A DNA stretch of 63,213 nt, filler included, from Pelomyxa schiedti (taxonomy: Eukaryota > Protista > Evosea): the NCBI GenBank assembly GCA_020536535.1. It is 7 parts of 7 records of this genome, joined end to end, with 100 filler letters (N's around TTAATTAATTAA, not from the genome) between each part and the next. Parts side by side here need not be neighbours in the genome. Positions count along the whole stretch, not along the records: positions 58,442 to 63,213 come from JAHLWZ010000169.1; 6 more parts are not named here. One strand, written 5' to 3'. The translations under genes and the position numbers were made by a program. This document shows, piece after piece, positions 58,577-63,213 of the stretch; position 1 is the first letter of the stretch, and each line of letters starts with the position of its first letter. The notes under the pieces were generated by a model. It was not told the origin of the DNA, did no database searches, and saw only the letters and a program-made list of their open reading frames with translations.

Positions 58577-61500
58577 TCAGTCTGCCACAGTGAAATCACC
58601 ATCATTGTCGAACACAAAACACTTGCCGGAACCCTCGACCACGATGACGGCACGGCCGTCCTCGCCGTGGCCCCTGCCGTGGTTACCGCCCTTCCCTGCT
58701 TTGTTCCCGTTTGCCTTGGTGGAATCTGGGTCACCCCAGTTGGCACCCTCCTGGCCCCTCGCGTTGATGGTGATGAACGTGCCCTCGATCACGTGGGTGC
58801 ATGACGCAGCGCCGCCCCCGCCGCCCCCTCCATTCTCACCACCTAGGCCCCCGGCTCCGTTGCCACACACCCCATCGACTCCCTTGCCTCCGCATTTGAC
58901 TTCCTGCAGCTGAGACTCACCTTCCCATGTTGCCCAGCCAGGCTTCCCACCACGTCTGGTCGTGCACCCAGAGCACGGGCAGGCCGTCCCGCCTCCTCCG
59001 CCGCCGTTCTGGCCCGCCCCGCACTCCTTCGTGGATCCTGGCGGGTCGGCGGCCTGGCCGCTGCCCATCCCACCCTTCCCCACGACGCCGTCCCGCGTCC
59101 CGCCGCCGCCCCCACCCCCAGCCCCGCAGTGGTACCCGCCGCTGCCACCACCCCCGCCTCCAGCACCCAGAACCACGGCGTCCCAGAACCTCCGCGCCGT
59201 GATGTGTGTGCTCCCGCCACCGCCTCCTGCCTCGTAGTTGGTCCCGCCGTGGCCCCCGTTTGGGGCGCCACCCCCGCCCCTGTGCAGGTCGTCGGGGGCG
59301 CAGCCGCCGCCGCGGCCAACCACCACGTGGAGCACCTCCCCTGGGAGTGCTGCGTATCTGGCTGTTGCGAACCCGCCTCCGCCTCCGTGGTTGCCTGTGG
59401 AGTGCTCGCCACCGCCGCCTCCTGCGCCCCATGCCTTGAGTGTCAATACAACTATGAGAGAGGGGAGGATGAGAAATACGACAGGGAGGGAAAGGTTCGG
59501 TTGTGCTGGGGAGGGGGGGGGGGGGGGGGGGGGGGGGCGAAGCTACCTTTGTCAAAGAAGACAAGGGACTGGGCGGAGCGGCCGGAAACATTCACAGCAA
59601 GGGATCCTGACACGGCACCGTCACTGCCCTGTAGACCTTGCATCGGCACAACACAGGTGATTATGCTGCCGGGTTGGCTAATCACAATATCAGTGCAAGG
59701 CACACCTTTTCAGTGTGAGTGTTTAGAAACCCAAATATTATCCATACCATTGAAAAGGACTGTGAGACGGTCAGTTGTTGTTCCGAACCCTGACCCACTG
59801 ATCGTGATTCTGCCTCCTTTTTGGATTCTTGTGACACTTGTTATCTGGGGTCCTGGCTGCAATGTCATGGAAACCATTTAATTAAGGAAAGGAGAACCTT
59901 TGAGAAACGAAACCAATGACTCTGCACACTGTCCACCAACACCAAGAATCATTTTTGAAATGTTACCGGCATTCATCTCTGCAACTTCTGTGGGAAATGT
60001 GCATGTTATCTCCTTGTGTGGTTTGCTCACAATAACGTCCCTGCACACGAAATCTGTAATAAATCTCTGAGTATTGACAGAAAATGGAAACCAACCCACC
60101 TCCCACAGTCACAGATATTGCCCCTGGTGAGTCGCCAAACCCAGTCCCAGTGATGACAGCTGTCCCACCTCCGGGTTGAACAGGCGTTACATTATGAATT
60201 CCGGGTCCTATTTTCTTGTGAGCAGTTTAAAAAGTAGGGAATTGAAACCAGAGTAAGAAAAGAGCAAAGTTTTCTCAGGGAGGGTAGGAACTCCCAACAC
60301 AGTCATTGTGACACCAAGGTTGGTTCCAACGCCGGATGGAACGGAACAAGTGAGAGTGCTCCCAGGATCTGCCAAATTGATTTCCGTGCAAGGTCTTTGA
60401 TCAACGGTGACAGTGATGTCCCGGTGTGTTGCTGTTGGGCACCATGTCCCTGAAATGGTGGCCGTTCCTCCTTCTGTTCCAACTCTCGAAATGCTCGTTA
60501 TCGTCGGATCTGTTTGGGGAAGAATGAGAAATGAGCTCACAAGGCAAAGAAGTATACTCAAAGAAATATAGCACAGGGCTGGGACTGTGGATTTCAGTTT
60601 CAGAATGTCAGATGTTGCTGTGGTAACCAATGCCGTTGTGTTGGGGGAAAGATCCTCTTCGTCCAGGGAAGTAACCTTACAGTAACAGTAAGTTGTGTCA
60701 AATCCACCCCAACCAACCTTACGAAGAGTGTCTATCCTTGAAGAACGTTGGATGATTTGGTGAGGGTTTCCTCGGTCCAATATAGATTGAAACTGGGAAA
60801 TAAATGACTCCAGTTGTTGCATTGCAAGGTGCACAGACTCTTTCTGCGTTGCCAATAGGTCCACTTTTGTTCAGAACAGATGGTGAGAGCAAGTATAGTT
60901 ATTGAGGTGCGTACACTTTTGTGTGCTGATTGTCTTTGATTCCTGGAGGAGATACTCTTCACGCTTTTGCAACATACTGATGACTGCACTGAATTCCTTA
61001 TGGATTGACTCCTCAAACCGTCCATGGACCTGTTTCGGAATTATATCACGAGGGAATATTGTCAATCAGCTCACATCTCTGATATCTTTTGAGACGGAGT
61101 CAATTGCTATGGTTGACTCGGCCAGAGAGTTCACCGACTTTCGCAGGTTTTTGATGAACTCAATTATTTCTTCTTTCTTTCTTTCACAGTAATCTTCCAG
61201 TGAAGTTATGCTGTGACCCTGCATCGGAAAATAACCTCAATTTTCTTCTTGGGTTTTTTGGGGAAACCTTGTGAGTGGAGAACGCACAAGTTGTGCATAT
61301 AAATTCGCTATCAGAGGCACAGAAAAGCCTGAGTTTCTTCTTGTGTACCGCACATACCACTTCAAATATCAGAGTTCCAGGAGGAAAAAGAAAAGAAAGC
61401 GCACCATTGAAACAAGGAGGCGCCGGTGTTTGCATTTCAGTTTTTGTGTGCTTGGAAAGCCATGGAAGACAGTGAGCCTTTCCCCAGCACGATTGACACA

Positions 61501-62059
61501 GGCAAGTTTCAGACCCTGATATTTTGGTGCACTGTTCGCACCTGTAGTGTGGCACTTCCCCACAAACTGTACATTTCACTTCCTCCTCAATTGGATGTGT
61601 TCCTGTCCCTGGCACTCTGCCTGACTGCACTTGTTTGAAATCCGTATAAGCCAGAAGTAGAAAAAGGGGGAGAGAGATGGGAAAAAGAACGGAAACCATA
61701 CGGCTGTCGTCCGGCAGATTAATTATCATGGGCAATTTCACGGCGCGGTGCTGGGCGTTGCACACCCCACACGCAACGACAACACCACCCCCCAGATCTA
61801 CCTCCACAACTGCCGCCGCTCTTTCTCGCTCAGCGGCTGCGGGAACAAATGATGGGACGTGGCGGGAGGAGCGCAAACGCATGCGGAAAGCGAGGAGGGC
61901 GCCGTGGCACAAAAGGCACACCACCCCACGGTGCCCGCACGCCAGGTCGATCCCGAGGGAGCAACCAGGCCCCGTTGTTGGCCAGTCGCACACGCAACAA
62001 CACAATGGTGGGGTGCCTTGCGCGACTGGTCGGGTCATCGTCGAAGTGACACCCGCCAT
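58577..62059 (-). CDS. TRIM-like protein: RING, B-box 1, B-box 2, coiled coil, about 3 IPT/TIG domains, glycine-rich domain; multi-exon
   Basis: CCVC..LACGH..CLLC..CGVC; CTVCGEVPHYRCEQC..CQSCWGKAH; CAVHKKKLRLFCASDSEFICTTCAFSTHKGH; IPT PTITSIS..TISG, PQITSV..ITISGSGFG; TLKAWGAGGGGG..VLHVVVGRGG..GGGGGST. Confidence 0.85.
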
Positions 62060-62134
62060 CACAACCACCAGAAACAAAACGGTTTGTTCGAATGGTTCGT
62101 TGAACAGAGTTACTCTGTAACGCAAAGGGTCATG

Positions 62135-62869
62135 TCACTCTGTCACGGTGAAGTCACCGTCTTGGTCAAACACCAGGTGCTTGCCGGAGCCCTCTACCAC
62201 AATGACAGCACGGCCGTCCTCGCCGTTGCCCCTGCCGTGGTTACCGCCCTTCCCTGCTTTGTTCCAGTTTGCCTTGGTGGAATCTGGGTCACCCCAGTTG
62301 GCTCCCTCCTGGCTCTGTGAGTTCTGTGCAGCAAACGTGCCCTCGATGACGTGGGTGCACGAGGCGGACCCGCCGTCGCCGCCACCCNNNNNNNNNNNNN
62401 NNNNNNNNNNNNNNNNNNNNNNNNNNNNNNNNNNNNNNNNNNNNNNNNNNNNNNNNNNNNNNNNNNNNNNNNNNNNNNNNNNNNNNNTGGGAAAAAGAAC
62501 GGAAACCATACGGCTGTCGTCCGGCAGATTAATTATCATGGGCAATTTCACGGCGCGGTGCTGGGCGTTGCACACCCCACACGCAACGACAACACCACCC
62601 CCCAGATCAACCTCCACAACTGCCGCCGCTCTTTCTCGCTCAGCGGCTGCGGGAACAAATGATGGGACGTGGCGGGAGGAGCGTAAACGCATGCGGAAAG
62701 CGAGGAGGGCGCCGTGGCACAAAACGCACACCACCCCACGGTGCCCGCACGCCAGCTCGATCCCGAGGGAGCAACCAGACCCCGTTGTTGGCCAGTCGCA
62801 CACGCAACAACACAATTGTGGGTTGCCTTGCGCGACTGGTCGGGTAATCGTCGAAGTGACACCCGCCAT
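62135..62869 (-). CDS. upstream tandem paralogue of the RING-B-box-IPT-glycine-rich gene (5' and 3' ends only; body lost in a 100-N gap)
   Basis: 62488-62869 is nearly identical to 61678-62059; 62135-62387 encodes a C-terminus homologous to 58577-58830. Confidence 0.75.
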   Translation of the reverse strand: MAGVTSTITRPVAQGNPQLCCCVCDWPTTGSGCSLGIELACGHRGVVCVLCHGALLAFRMRLRSSRHVPSFVPAAAERERAAAVVEVDLGGGVVVACGVCNAQHRAVKLPMIINLPDDSRMVSVLFPXXXXXXXXXXXXXXXXXXXXXXXXXXXXXXXXXXGGGDGGSASCTHVIEGTFAAQNSQSQEGANWGDPDSTKANWNKAGKGGNHGRGNGEDGRAVIVVEGSGKHLVFDQDGDFTVTE

Positions 62870-63092
62870 CACAACAACGTCGCTGACAGAAACAAAACGG
62901 TTTGTTCGGAATGGTGGGTACCATTTTTCCCAGAAGGACCCTCTTTGGCTTAAATCCACCAAAGCGGGGTCAGGTGTACCACTTCCAAATGGCCCCATGC
63001 AATCCATTTTGGAAGTCCACAGACAAAGGTACCCACAGTGGGTTTTTCTTCTGCACAGAACCAAAGGCAAAAAAAAAAAAAGAAACAGAAGT

Positions 63093-63213
63093 TGTGCCGA
63101 GGTAGATTGGGTTGGGATAGTAACCACCACACTGTGAGGTGTGCTGGGGTGTCGATGGTTGTTGTTTTACTTGTGTAGTAAGGGAGAAAGAAGCCCGAAT
63201 ACAAACACAAGAG
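63093..63213 (-). mobile_element. LTR copy 3 (3' end only, runs off the window)
   Basis: reverse complement matches the last 120 bp of the other copies, ending ..CTACCTCGGCACA. Confidence 0.85.

Overview
Eukaryotic, intron-rich sequence (about 45% GC, many short introns of roughly 40-120 nt). The gene repertoire looks like a free-living amoebozoan, probably an archamoeba such as Pelomyxa; this is inferred from recalled family patterns and is unverified. The window is not one locus: six artificial N44-TTAATTAATTAA-N44 linkers join at least seven unrelated scaffolds, and there are four 100-N gaps. Housekeeping genes include an IRE/Greatwall/Rim15-type AGC kinase, a PHO80-type cyclin, a syntaxin, an MFS transporter, HDDC2, a C2-ankyrin protein, a villin-headpiece protein, an EF-hand protein, a NUDT5-like hydrolase, a Rubicon-homology protein, an F-box protein and a VIT fragment. 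Highlights: (1) a circularly permuted tRNA-Gly(GCC) gene at 13058-13138, 3' half first, with a junction in the anticodon stem (about 29/30) and complementary flanks; (2) three different TRIM-like architectures (B-box/coiled-coil, RING where visible) ending in an ALK/LTK-type glycine-rich domain, one tandemly duplicated; (3) a TG..CA solo-LTR family with 5-bp target-site duplications and an empty site in the same window; (4) a roughly 2 kb TIR element carrying cargo, plus decayed DDE transposases; (5) a secreted EGF-CotH kinase. Exon boundaries were inferred by eye.
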